64,000 nucleotides of DNA from Basidiobolus meristosporus CBS 931.73 (lineage: Eukaryota > Fungi > Basidiobolomycota), in contig MCFE01000013.1 in NCBI GenBank assembly GCA_002104905.1, positions 1 through 64,000 on the forward strand, given 5' to 3'. Of the stretch, positions 11,902 to 27,400 are shown piece after piece. The notes under the pieces were generated by a model. The model was not told where the DNA came from and made no database searches. It saw only the letters and a list, made by a program, of their open reading frames with translations. The position numbers were made by a program, and so were the translations under genes. The stretch's first letter is position 1. Each line of letters begins with the position of its first letter.

Positions 11902-12573
11902 ATGGATTTCCTTTCGAGCATGTTCGGGTACAAGAAGTCCCCTTCCATTAGCTCCATGAACCGAAGCTATCGCTCTCGGGACAACTTAACTCGTAGGAAC
12001 ATGCCTCTGGAAAAAGCAACCATCACAGTAGACACCCTAGACTATAGCGAGAAATCATTTTCTAACCAATCCTGCCCTGTCACGGGGCATCGCGCGGACT
12101 CTGGTTACTCCGATAACTCGGAAGGATGTCCGTTCTCCAAGCCAATCGAGAACATGATGGAAATCCCGCATAGGCAGAGCGCAAATGAGGAGCCCACGAT
12201 CCTTGAGATATTAGGTGAAGATCGGGTGGAGCAGATCGTCGAGCGATTCTACCATTACAATCTCACCGACAAGAAGACCCGGTTGTTCTTCCAAGGGATC
12301 AACATTGAAAGGCTGCAGCGAATGCAAACAGTGTTTCTGGTGCATTTGCTGGGCGGCAAACCTATAAATATGCGTAAAATGCGTTCCGCCCACAAGCGTC
12401 TGCTGGATCTCAATGACGGTCACTTCGATGCGGTCATGAAGAATCTGATGAGAGCCGCAAAGGACTTGAAGGTTCCCCGTCATCTGCGCGAGAGAATCCT
12501 TGATGCTGCCGAAGTCACCAGGGATGATGTCCTGGGGCGTACGCCGGTGCATGAGCACCACGTGGGGCATTAA
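11902..12573 (+). CDS. Group I truncated (2/2) haemoglobin with ~100-aa N-terminal extension, intronless
   Basis: LGEDRVEQIVERFY (B10 Tyr), TRLFF (CD1 Phe), RLQRMQTVFLVHLLGG (E helix plus GG), MRSAHKRL (proximal F8 His) and LNDGHFDAV match the trHbN/GlbN pattern. Confidence 0.9.
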   Translation: MDFLSSMFGYKKSPSISSMNRSYRSRDNLTRRNMPLEKATITVDTLDYSEKSFSNQSCPVTGHRADSGYSDNSEGCPFSKPIENMMEIPHRQSANEEPTILEILGEDRVEQIVERFYHYNLTDKKTRLFFQGINIERLQRMQTVFLVHLLGGKPINMRKMRSAHKRLLDLNDGHFDAVMKNLMRAAKDLKVPRHLRERILDAAEVTRDDVLGRTPVHEHHVGH

Positions 12574-13304
12574 TGATGCCATACCATTCATCTATATTTT
12601 CAGCATGTAAAACTAAGCAACACCGAGTTGATTGTGTAATTACTTGATTAATCCTTAACCTATCATCCATACCCCCACCCCCCACATAGAGTTAATCCCA
12701 TCCACCTAGAATTTTGCCATTATCATCTATAGAACGCCATTTCTCTATTGTTTACTTGAATTTTCCTGGTGAAGGTTTCTTTCTTCCATATATCTTATGT
12801 ACCAGTGACAATTTATTTATTAAAAAACAAGTGTTCCATCCCAATCATTGTCGTTAGTTAGGAATCCTCGTAGTATGGCTATTGTCGTCTCCATGCAACA
12901 TGCTCCATCGTTGAGTCGTCCATTTTTCTTGTCGATTTTCTTCGCTACTCGGCTGCTCGGTGTGTGTCACGTGATTTAGTGGGTTAGATTTCATCTACCC
13001 CATATTCAAATAGTTCAATTGGGGCCCCAACGATATTTGGTAACCTAAAACGAGGCGCTAGTCAAAGTTTGTCAGGCTTGTTCAGGAAAAAGTAGACTGG
13101 AAACTCCACAGGGTACGTATAACGCATATAACTTTTCTCAGATGAGGTCAGGATGGGTCACGTTTATGTAGTTTAGTTCGTTCAGACGAAGCTTAGAGTT
13201 GAGCTGTATCATTCGAACCCCCAAACGAGTCAAGCCCCGATTCTCTCGAGCAAATTACTTATCCTCTCTTCTCGTGAATCTTTTTCTTTCAACCTAGATT
13301 CAAC

Positions 13305-13806
13305 ATGTTTCGTACCAGCACTTTACTCAACGTTGTTAAAGAGGTTCGTGGCGTAACTTGGATGCTTATTAGTGTTGGAGATATTTAACGCTTGTTGTAC
13401 AGTCCACTGGCCTCTTCGGCATAGCTGTTCATTCCAACCCTCGTCCTCACTTGATCAATGTATATAACCAGACCTTGGCTGTTTTGGATCGTCTCCCCTC
13501 CAATGCAGTTTACCGTCACGCCACTACAGCCTTGATCAAGCAAAAGTTATCTTTCGTCGAGAACACCGAAAACATTGCCGAGTTGGAGAGCAAGTTGGAT
13601 GCTGGCCAAATCGAGGAAGTAATCATGGCCGCTGAGGACGAGCTCAAGCTTGCCCAAAAGATGGAGGAGTGGAAAGCGTACGTATCAGTATTGGTTTTGC
13701 TTTATTGGTGCCAACACAGCCACTAACATTATTATTATTATTTAGTTGGGAGCCTCTTGCCGTTGAGCCTTTGGATGACCAATGGGTATATCCTGGCCGC
13801 AAGTAA
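13305..13806 (+). CDS. NDUFA5: NADH:ubiquinone oxidoreductase subunit NDUFA5 (B13), 3 exons
   Basis: MFRTSTLLNVVKE|STGLFGIAVHSNPRPHLINVY..AVYRHATTAL..GQIEEVIMAAEDELKL..WKA|WEPL. Confidence 0.95.
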
Positions 13807-14161
13807 ATCCATACTCGCCGTCTACGATACACACCAATATACATCATTTATTCACTTTCAGTCGATTCATTATTATAAAAGACTTAACCCATGTCCACAA
13901 ACATGTACATGCATCCACAACATCACCACAGTAAAGAATGATATGTGCCTGAATGGGAAAACCGCTATTTCGATTAACATGAACCCTAACCCTAGCCCTG
14001 ATCCTCCCCTTCCGTCATAAATCCATTTTTGGGGACGTGAGTTTTGGGGAGGAAGCCCAGGGTTAGGGGAAGCTGGCTTCAATTTGTGTGTCCTTGGATA
14101 TTTCAAACAAGACTCGTGGCATAGGTTGTACTAGTAAATATTTTCAAGCATACTAGGTGTG

Positions 14162-14559
14162 ATGGGTAGAGTATTTACCACCGTAGCTGGGCTTACCCTT
14201 GCGGCAGGCACTGTATATTACATCCAAAAGAGAACCGCGCGCAACCCACGGAATATTGACCAACTCGTATCGCAAGCTAAGCAGACATGGGACGAATCCT
14301 TGACCAAGTTGGACAATGTAAGCGCTCAAGTGAATGTAATGAACGTAGACCGGTATTTCTAATTACTTTAAATCAATTTCAGCTTGATGATGTACAGGCC
14401 AAACAGCCCCCCAGTACACTCTCCTTGATTCAGAACGAGGTCACCTACTTCACGAAGCAGTTTGTCCCGGATATGAAGAATTCCTGGAATCAGGGGGTTT
14501 CCCGCCTGGCCCAGCGTGCCAACAGTGTCGATGTGGACCTGAAAAGCTTGTGGAAATGA
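14162..14559 (+). CDS. Small single-TM protein, probable MICOS Mic12-like subunit, 2 exons
   Basis: MGRVFTTVAGLTLAAGTVYY N-terminal anchor and a C-terminal KNSWNQGV motif resemble fungal Mic12/Aim5. One GT-AG intron. Confidence 0.6.
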
Positions 14560-14963
14560 TAAAGACGAACTGCGGATTTTTCAAACATATGAGCCCTTCC
14601 CACCATCGTTGTAGTACACCTTTCCTCAAGCTTTGCATTAAACATAACATATATACACATGCCATATGTCCATTGATCCCCAATTGGTTTGGGAATATTC
14701 TAGCCCGCGAATATGGAATACTTCGCCACACATCTGCTGGGAATATTCTGACCTATAAAATTGGAGCAGCTGGGTGCCGAGAATGGGCGATAAATAACAA
14801 CATATAGGGCGTGCACCCCAAAAGCAACGAATAAATCTGGTCCGAGGAAGTTTCGAAATGGGAGATTTGCTAATATTGGACGATGTCATCGTTTATGCAT
14901 ATGCTTGAATTTGTATCTATTTATGTCGAGTCTGTACAAAATATACATTTCCTGGTGTTGAAG

Positions 14964-15647
14964 CTACAAATATACAAGGGGCCTTTCACGAGTGATCCTA
15001 GAATTGGTATGCAGGCGATGATGCATGTCTTCGCATTGTTGCAACAAGGCCTTTTTCCACGAATTGCGGCGGAAGAGGCCGGCGACCTTTTTCCCAGAGG
15101 ATGTCGAAGACACGGGCATAAAGAAGTCCAGTCGACACTCGAAGCTTATTGGAATAACCACACGATCGAGGCTTCGGTGAATGGTGTTGCATTCTGTCTC
15201 GTAGACGAACGTCCAATCCGATTTACTGGAGACGCTACGAACATCTATGCGACCGATGTTCAAGGAGATCGGCCTAGGGAGAACGTTGTGCCGATCGTCG
15301 TCAATAAAGATCTGGGAGATGGCAGGCTTCACCGAGCTAGAGAGTTGAAAACGAGCGATGGCACGCTTGGCCTTGAAAATGACCACTCCAGAGGCGGTGT
15401 CGAAGGAAGAGAATTCGAACTCAAAGGTCACTTTCTCGTTCACATCCTGGTTAACTACAAGCAGAAGGGTTTGTTGTTGTAGTCGACGCTCGACGATGCT
15501 GCGAACCATGTCTTGGCATTCTTGGTAGTTCCTCATGACTGATGCTAGTGTCTTGTAGTCGGCATCCTCGAGTACCTTGAATACCGCATCTCTGGAATAC
15601 TGTTGCGTGACTGGGGTAGGACGTTTGATCGAGGCGCGACGCAACAT
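14964..15647 (-). CDS. Hypothetical protein (~227 aa), no recognised family
   Basis: Open frame from the first in-frame ATG (MLRRASIKRPTP..) with globular-looking composition. It converges on the Mic12-like gene and diverges from CAF40. Confidence 0.6.
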   Translation of the reverse strand: MLRRASIKRPTPVTQQYSRDAVFKVLEDADYKTLASVMRNYQECQDMVRSIVERRLQQQTLLLVVNQDVNEKVTFEFEFSSFDTASGVVIFKAKRAIARFQLSSSVKPAISQIFIDDDRHNVLPRPISLNIGRIDVRSVSSKSDWTFVYETECNTIHRSLDRVVIPISFECRLDFFMPVSSTSSGKKVAGLFRRNSWKKALLQQCEDMHHRLHTNSRITRERPLVYL

Positions 15648-16169
15648 TTTGTGAAACTCAGTTGAATCGAAAGAGATGAATGTTTTTGCGGTTGCTGTCG
15701 GCTTATATATGTCCTTGAACAAGGGTCGCCATCCATATTAGGAACTGTTTGGTTCAAACGGTGAGTGTTAAGCAGGCTAGTCACTATTTGGTATTGCCAC
15801 TAAGCATGCGGCTAAATTAAAAAGGAATCGTTGGAGTATGTTCAAATAAAGTCCATACTTGTAATTACTGGATGTGATCTATCGAAATGCTCCGTACCCA
15901 AATGCCCTATACTCGGACGGCCCATTACGGAATAGAGCCACCAACTTTACTCCCGTGATGGATTGTAATGCACATAGTTTATGCCAACTTCCAATATAGG
16001 GGTCATTTTTCGTACCATCACAAATATATTTATTACTTTGATGAATGGCAAATGCGTAATCTAACCAACCGTCTTTATTGCTAAACCTACAATAAGCGAC
16101 AGTGAATTCAGGTCCCCGTTCTACTAAGCTTTCTTTAAACAATTCAGCTCCTCTTCCTCTCTAAAAACC

Positions 16170-17604
16170 ATGCATTCACTGGGCCAACATAGCAACAATC
16201 CTCAGCTGCAGCAGTATCTTCAGCTTCAGCAAGCTGCTGCCATGAAAAACCCTTCTGGCTTGAGTGCGCCCAATCTAGGCGGCCCAACTCCCATGTTAGG
16301 TAAACTTCCGTCTAGCTTGGGGTTTTCTAATGGCCCAAACAACCTACCTAACATATACACATATCTAGGTGACCCATACTACGGAGCCGGAGGAAATGCT
16401 GCTGGTGGTAGCCACAACAATTTACCCATGCCTTACGGTGGAGCACAGCAGCAAAGATATGCGTTGATGGAAGAGGAAGCCATATATTCCTTTATTTTGG
16501 ATCTATTTCATCCGGACTCTCGTGAGCAAGCGCTTGCCCAGCTTGCCAAAAGAAGAGAGACATTTGAGGACTTGGCTGTCGTTTTGTGGAATTCCTTTGG
16601 TAACAACCCTTTGCTTAGGCCGCACCATCCAATTTACTGACCAAGTCGAACAGGTGTCATGTCGATTTTGTTGCAAGAAATCGCAAGCGTTTATCCGCTT
16701 CTTGACTCTGAATTGACGAACTCCATCTCCAATAGAGTGTGCAACGCTTTAGCGTTGTTGCAATGCGTTGCAAGTCATAGCGAAACCAGGTTACCCTTTC
16801 TTGGAAGTAGGTTCATCCAGTTTGTCTGGCTTCGCTGATCAGAGAAGTCTAACCCTTGGTTTCGCCTCTAGCCCATTTCCCCTATTTCTTGTATCCCATG
16901 TTGAACACCACGGACAATAGCAAGCCATTCGAATACCTGCGTTTGACTGCACTTGGAGTGATCGGTGCATTGGTCAAGGTGACGAAGCAATCTGAAATTC
17001 TCCGTACCACGTCACCGTTGTTAACCCAAGTCCTCATGAACTTTAGCAAGATTGCCCGGAGGTGGTTAGCTTCCTGTTGAACACGGAGATCATCCCTATA
17101 TGCCTCCGTATTATGAACCACGGGGCCGAGCTTTCCAAAACGGTAACGGCCTCTCGAGACTGTCGAATGAGAAGTCCGGCTCTTAACCAATTCCTCGCCT
17201 ACAGGTGGCTATATTCATACTGCAGAAGATACTCCAGGACGACTACGGGCTGCTTTACATCTGCCAGACATATGAGAGGTTCTTTGCCGTCATCACCGTG
17301 CTTGAAAACATGGTGATGCACCTAATTGACACCCAGTCTTGCCGCTTGTTGAAGCATGTTGTTCGTTGCTACTTGAGACTGTGTGACAACCAAAGGTAAC
17401 CAAACCCCGGCACTTTTGCTTCGATTTGTCACTCCTTTACTCTAATGCTTTTCTCTTAGGGCTCGTGAGGCACTTCAGTCGTGCCTTCCAAACCCCTTGC
17501 GAGACGGTTCCTTCGCTCTCACACTGAAGGAGGATTTGGTGGCGAAACGGGCGCTCAATCAATTGTTGGTAATACTAACTGAGGGTATGAATCCGGGGAA
17601 TTAG
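16170..17604 (+). CDS. CAF40: CCR4-NOT subunit Caf40/Rcd1/CNOT9, 6 exons
   Basis: [18 protein letters not shown]|[69 protein letters not shown]|RAREAL. Confidence 0.97.
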
Positions 17605-18111
17605 ATTGGCACTCTCCTTCACCCCCCCAACTCGTTACTCATGGGCATGGCTGTAGTTCACCTGTAGAAATATCATTGTTTTTTAATTGTCACTCTATAA
17701 CAACTCTCTTCGGAGAACTTCCAACACAACACAAGACGGTTCTCAACTCTACCCCTTCAATGCATCCAAAAGTAATGGTCCACACAGCCCCCACTAGATT
17801 TCACTTAATCCATGTTGCTCCATTACCATCACCCTTCCTCACCCACATTTCAAATCCCAAAACCCCCTTACATTTAGATACTTGAGCATACCGCTTCTTT
17901 TTCACACAAATAAATGCCCACTGTAGTCTACTTCTCCGGCAGTGGGTGTGGTGAAGATGAAGCGCACGGGCCCACATTCTCCCCACATATTGTTCTGGTT
18001 ATGGCTGTGGCTCATCACTTTATTTACCCTTATCTTAGGAATCGGTGCACTGGGCGGGTTGCCATCAGTCTACGGGGAGAGGGGCATTGATAACCGTGTT
18101 GACGTTCAGGT

Positions 18112-18128
18112 CACACACACACACACAC
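18112..18128. repeat. (CA)n microsatellite
   Basis: cacacacacacacacac, in the region between the convergent CAF40 and YAK1 3' ends. Confidence 0.85.
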
Positions 18129-18299
18129 CCGCACACACATAGTATAGAAGTGGACATCTGGATGGGTGTGGCGAATAGTGGAGTGTTGGTGTTGGCGGCG
18201 GGAGGTGGTGGAGAGCGCTCAAAACAATTATGAATGGTATGATTTGATAGAAAAATCCTAACTCTCGATACAATGAATAGAATGAAGTCGATGCAGGTA

Positions 18300-18326
18300 G
18301 TGGTGGTGGTGGTGGTGGTGGTGGTG
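18300..18326. repeat. (GTG)9 microsatellite
   Basis: Perfect trinucleotide run downstream of the YAK1 stop codon. Confidence 0.9.
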
Positions 18327-18508
18327 AATGTGTGTGGCGGAGGAAAATGAGAGCAAAAATGAAGACGTCGATATAGGCCATTGGCGATATCTAAATAGTG
18401 TTCGGTATGTATGGGCGGGGGTTTCGGAGTCACACTCTTGTTCGTGCTTGTATTTCAAGTAAAAGTGGAAGCATTGAATGGGGCTGATCCACCCAATATT
18501 CGACTGCT

Positions 18509-22947
<4,439 letters not shown>

Positions 22948-24495
22948 ATTATCCGATACCTAGTGCTAAGATTGAATCGGGAATCAGTACTCTGGTTGTA
23001 CTCAAGAGATATGCGGGATGAGGGTATGGTGTATTCCAGGTGGGAATCTACGCAGAATGGTAAGAAGAACAAATAAGGTCTGGACCAAGATGATGTAGTG
23101 AAGAGATTTCAATCGCGTTGTAGACCGCACATATGAGCTACGGGTAGGCGAGGCTACAACATCTGTCGCACTGGCAAATGTAGACCGTAATGTGTACGCA
23201 GCTTCTAGTTAAAGGGTTGATGCAGCAACTGCAATGCTTACCTGAAAATTAACCACCAATCCCTAATGCAGAAGTGAAGGCGGGCGATCGCAAGAGATTG
23301 AATATGACCAGACGCAATATTTACTCAAGTTCGGCGTGTGAAAGACTGGACTGGCAAGCTGTAGTATACGATAGAACTCAATTCTAGAAGAAAACAAGAG
23401 CAAATTACTGAAGATAGTAAGTTGGCTCCACCCAGATAGGTCCAAGGACAGGTAAAAAATGGATTCGAGGGATGAAAGGACTGGAGGAAGACAGAATAAC
23501 TCAATGGCCAAGGTTGGCTGAATGGGTGTATGTGCTGGGACTACGAAAAGTGAAAAGGAGAGGGGAATACTTGGTTAATTATAAAGATAATTTACCGATC
23601 AATAGTAAACGTTCAATTGTAAAAAATTAAATACCAACAGCTAAACAACAAACCAACCTCAGATTAGCCTCAGTCAATCGTCTGTTACTTTTGATTATGC
23701 CACAGATATTTAACCTGGCCAGTCCTATTGAGGTATGTTACTGGATATCGCTCCATACTGGTCGATACTAGGAAGACATGGCTTGTCAAATGATCGCTGA
23801 ATCCTAATGGCCGCAACCTCAACGAAAAGCCGTCAACTAGCCACGGTCAAAACGGTGCACTGTATTACCTCAACGTTGCCCATATTTCATTATGCAACAA
23901 TTTCCATTTACCACTCAACCCGTAGAACATTAATTAGCTTTTTATGCAATAATTGTTTCTCGATGATGGGAATAATGGTTTCTCGATGATGGCAAATCAA
24001 TCTTTCTGGAATACAATGTCACTCCTATCATTCTAAATAGAGAAAACCGGATAATAACCTGGAGAGCGTTGCTGTGGAAATAATCTAGCCATGAGTGAAC
24101 CCTAAATACTGTGGCTTTTAAGAGATGTTGTAGGGTACTTGAATTCTTGCGATCATCTGTGGCTGTTAGGCGATGTTGTAGGGTGCTCCTCGACATGCCA
24201 CATGTTTATTGTAATTGATGAAAATCGTGCCATTCTCTGGCCATACAATCATCAAGGCGGGCAAGTGACAGAGTCCGGGGGGATTCGTGGGTAGGAATCC
24301 TGAGCAACCACAAATATGCCTGGCGAGGTTTTGTTTATTTGAAATCAATTGTTTTTGTCAGCATCACCAATTATTGGATAATCATCGCACAACAACTAGT
24401 GCTTAGCCATAGGTGGTTGTTTTGGTATTTCCCCTCCGAGTGATATATGTTGACAAGAAGGGCTCTTGTTATAACATACAATAAATAATTCTTGT

Positions 24496-27400
24496 ATGAG
24501 TGACGACACAGTAGAAGATGAATTGGGGATTCTTTACGCAAACCAAAACTCTATAGATAAACAATTGAGCGAAATCAAGTCACACACTTCGATTACTGTG
24601 GAGATTCCTCAAAGACCAGTGAGCTTGGAAAACTACGAGAATAATGAGCTGATCTTGGCGGAAAAAAGCACCACGCAAGAGCTGGACACGGTAATAAACA
24701 CCGGGAATGTTGAGGATTTAGAGAAGCAAATCTCAGACTTGTCTGCCGTTGCGGATACACCAAGCGCTGACACCAGTAACCCAAACATATCCAACCATCT
24801 TATTGTGCCAGAAAAACCGGCGAGTTCGGCTTTTGTGGAAGAAATTTCTACAGCTGCTGACAAGTATAAGCCAGGCGATTCTATCAACGCTCACCCTAAC
24901 GCCATACATCCTCCTTTACTACTCAACGATAGTATTCCAACTAAAATCGACGTACAAGATGGGATTAATCCAATCAACATATCGGGCGAGGATAATGAAA
25001 GGACGAGAATCGACTCCATAGAAAACAGTCAAATTCCGGATGAGTCTCCCGGCCACAACGACAATACTTCCAACGAGGCTATATCCAATGATCGGCGTGC
25101 AGTAGATGATGAGACGCAACCCAATCGTTCTCCTGAAAAGGAAACGCTGCCGGATACTTCCTCGAACTTGCTCACAAAATACCCGTTACGGAAGCGAACC
25201 GCACTATCATTGCACCCATACACAAGATTCTCTTGGACCGACCCAGAGACGCTTCCAAACGTGAGGATCGATACGAGTGTCTTGGAAGAACCGATCGAAC
25301 CCGAGGATAATGTGACAAAGGGAAAACATGATTATTACGATAGTGAGGGCGACAACGATTACACAGATACTCAGACTCGAAGGTTCGCCAGCTCCGTGGC
25401 CATAGATGAGGACATGGGATTGATTCCAGATGAAAGTGAGTTGCAAGCGCTACTTGATGATACTCTGGTGCCAAATTCACACGCCAGGGGTGGCGCTCAC
25501 CACAGAACTGTCTACAAAAGAAAGAGGAAAACCAAGTCGTTGGTCGTAAAGCTTGCGCTACCTGGATACCGTAGACAGAATGTATACTCTGACACGACCG
25601 CCACAAGCTCTAATAGCGTGGCTTTTCAACATCGAGACGAATTTTCAGATACCTTGGCCCGAGCAGACGAGTATCTCCAAGCTTTAGGCACACCAGAGTC
25701 AGTCAGCGTGGTCTCCCCGTCCAGAGCAAAGCTAGGAAGACGTCTGATGATATTAGATGACGAGGACGAAGCTAGTGCTTTGGGCAATTCACGACTTCCT
25801 GGGCCTCGTAGCGTTATTGTTGAGCCTGACGAAGCAGAGGCACTTGAGGATCAGTCAAATCGCCGTTCGAAATATCCCCCGAAATTAACAAAGAGGAATC
25901 TCGCTGGAAAATTACCAGCATCCTTCTTACGCGTTTATAACGTAGACAACACAACTCTTCAGCAGAAGCATAGTGTACAGCCAAGAAAGTCTCAGCTCGT
26001 ATCCTCTACATCAAGCTCACCTAGCCAAACCTCCCAGGTCAATTATACCGATGGCGAGCGACCATTGTCGCCAACTTCCGTGTTCTCGGATGAGATGTCC
26101 GGTGCTTCTGATCTTGAGGCACGTTCAGACAATGGATCGGAAGCAGATTTGGATGGCACAGAGGCCGTGTGGGAGAAACGGCCATATCGAAAAAGAGGAC
26201 CGTCGGGTGGAAGCCGTAAACAAAAGCCCATCAACTTTGTGGACATTTACGAACTATTACTAGAGGAGTATGCAGATGGAGAGGTTCCTATATTTCTGAG
26301 AATTGCCTGCCGACGTTTGATACAGAAGTACAACTGGGGATATGATATTTCCGATGATCCTTGGGCCAAGATGATATCCTTCGATCCCAATTTTGTTGAT
26401 GACGATGCGTACCAAGAGGACCAGTTTACTCTTTCGGAATGGCGACATGGTGGGGATTTCTGGAGAAGGAAATTGAGGCGACTGCGACGACAGCGCAACG
26501 CCCTTAAAAAGAGCCAAGAGAGTAGATCCCACCCCACGGACTCCTCCAAAATCCCACCAGAGCGATCACAATCAAATCAGCAAACCTCAAGAGGAAACCC
26601 TATCGTAAGAAAACGAAAGAGACCATCAAGGGTCGTGTCGACACACCCTACATTGCCTGATGTTGAGCCTAGAGAGTCTCAAGATAACGAGATCATTTTA
26701 CTAACTCCCGGCCAAACGGAGCATGAGCTGAAGCCAGCATTATCGCCGAAAACTCCGCCGCTCCCCGGAAAACGGAAGCGTGTACCAAAATCGAAACTTG
26801 AGCAGAAGTTGGACAAGGCGACCACTGAAGGATTCTTGTCCACCCTGAGCGCATGCAAGAAATTGAAGGGTAGTGGTGCAAAGCGCAAGAAGGTGGCCGC
26901 GTTTGTCAAAACTCTTCGGAAAAGGAAGAATGTCAAGGACGGTCTCCTTTTCGCCTCACTGGACGTTTCACGAACAGTTGCCAACACACCACCAAAGCAT
27001 GCCCTTGAAAACCCACCACCTGACTATTATCACGAAAATCAAATCCCGAGTCCTAGGGCTGTACGACCAAGCGCTCAATTGCCTTTGAAAGAGCGACCTT
27101 TTCGTTTCCTTGGTGTTCCTAGACCGATGCACGATACAAATCTATCTTTCAAAGGGAAACGACAAAGATTAGAAACCATCATCGGGAAAATTAAACGGTT
27201 ATCATTGAACACTGCTACAGTCAATGCACCATCGTCGGATTCTTTGCAGTCGCACCAAAGCCACCTTTTCAACAACAATTTGCCTAGTTATAAGCCATAT
27301 ATCACAACAAATGCACCAATCACTACTGCCAAGCCATCTTTTGTGCTCTCACCTAGAGTCTCTACTACACCATTTACTACAATGCCCCAGTCGGTGGCAG

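Noticed and set aside
18065-18458. ORFs with poly-Thr, poly-Pro or poly-His runs
   Set aside because: Translations of the (GTG)9 and (CA)n microsatellites in untranslated DNA.
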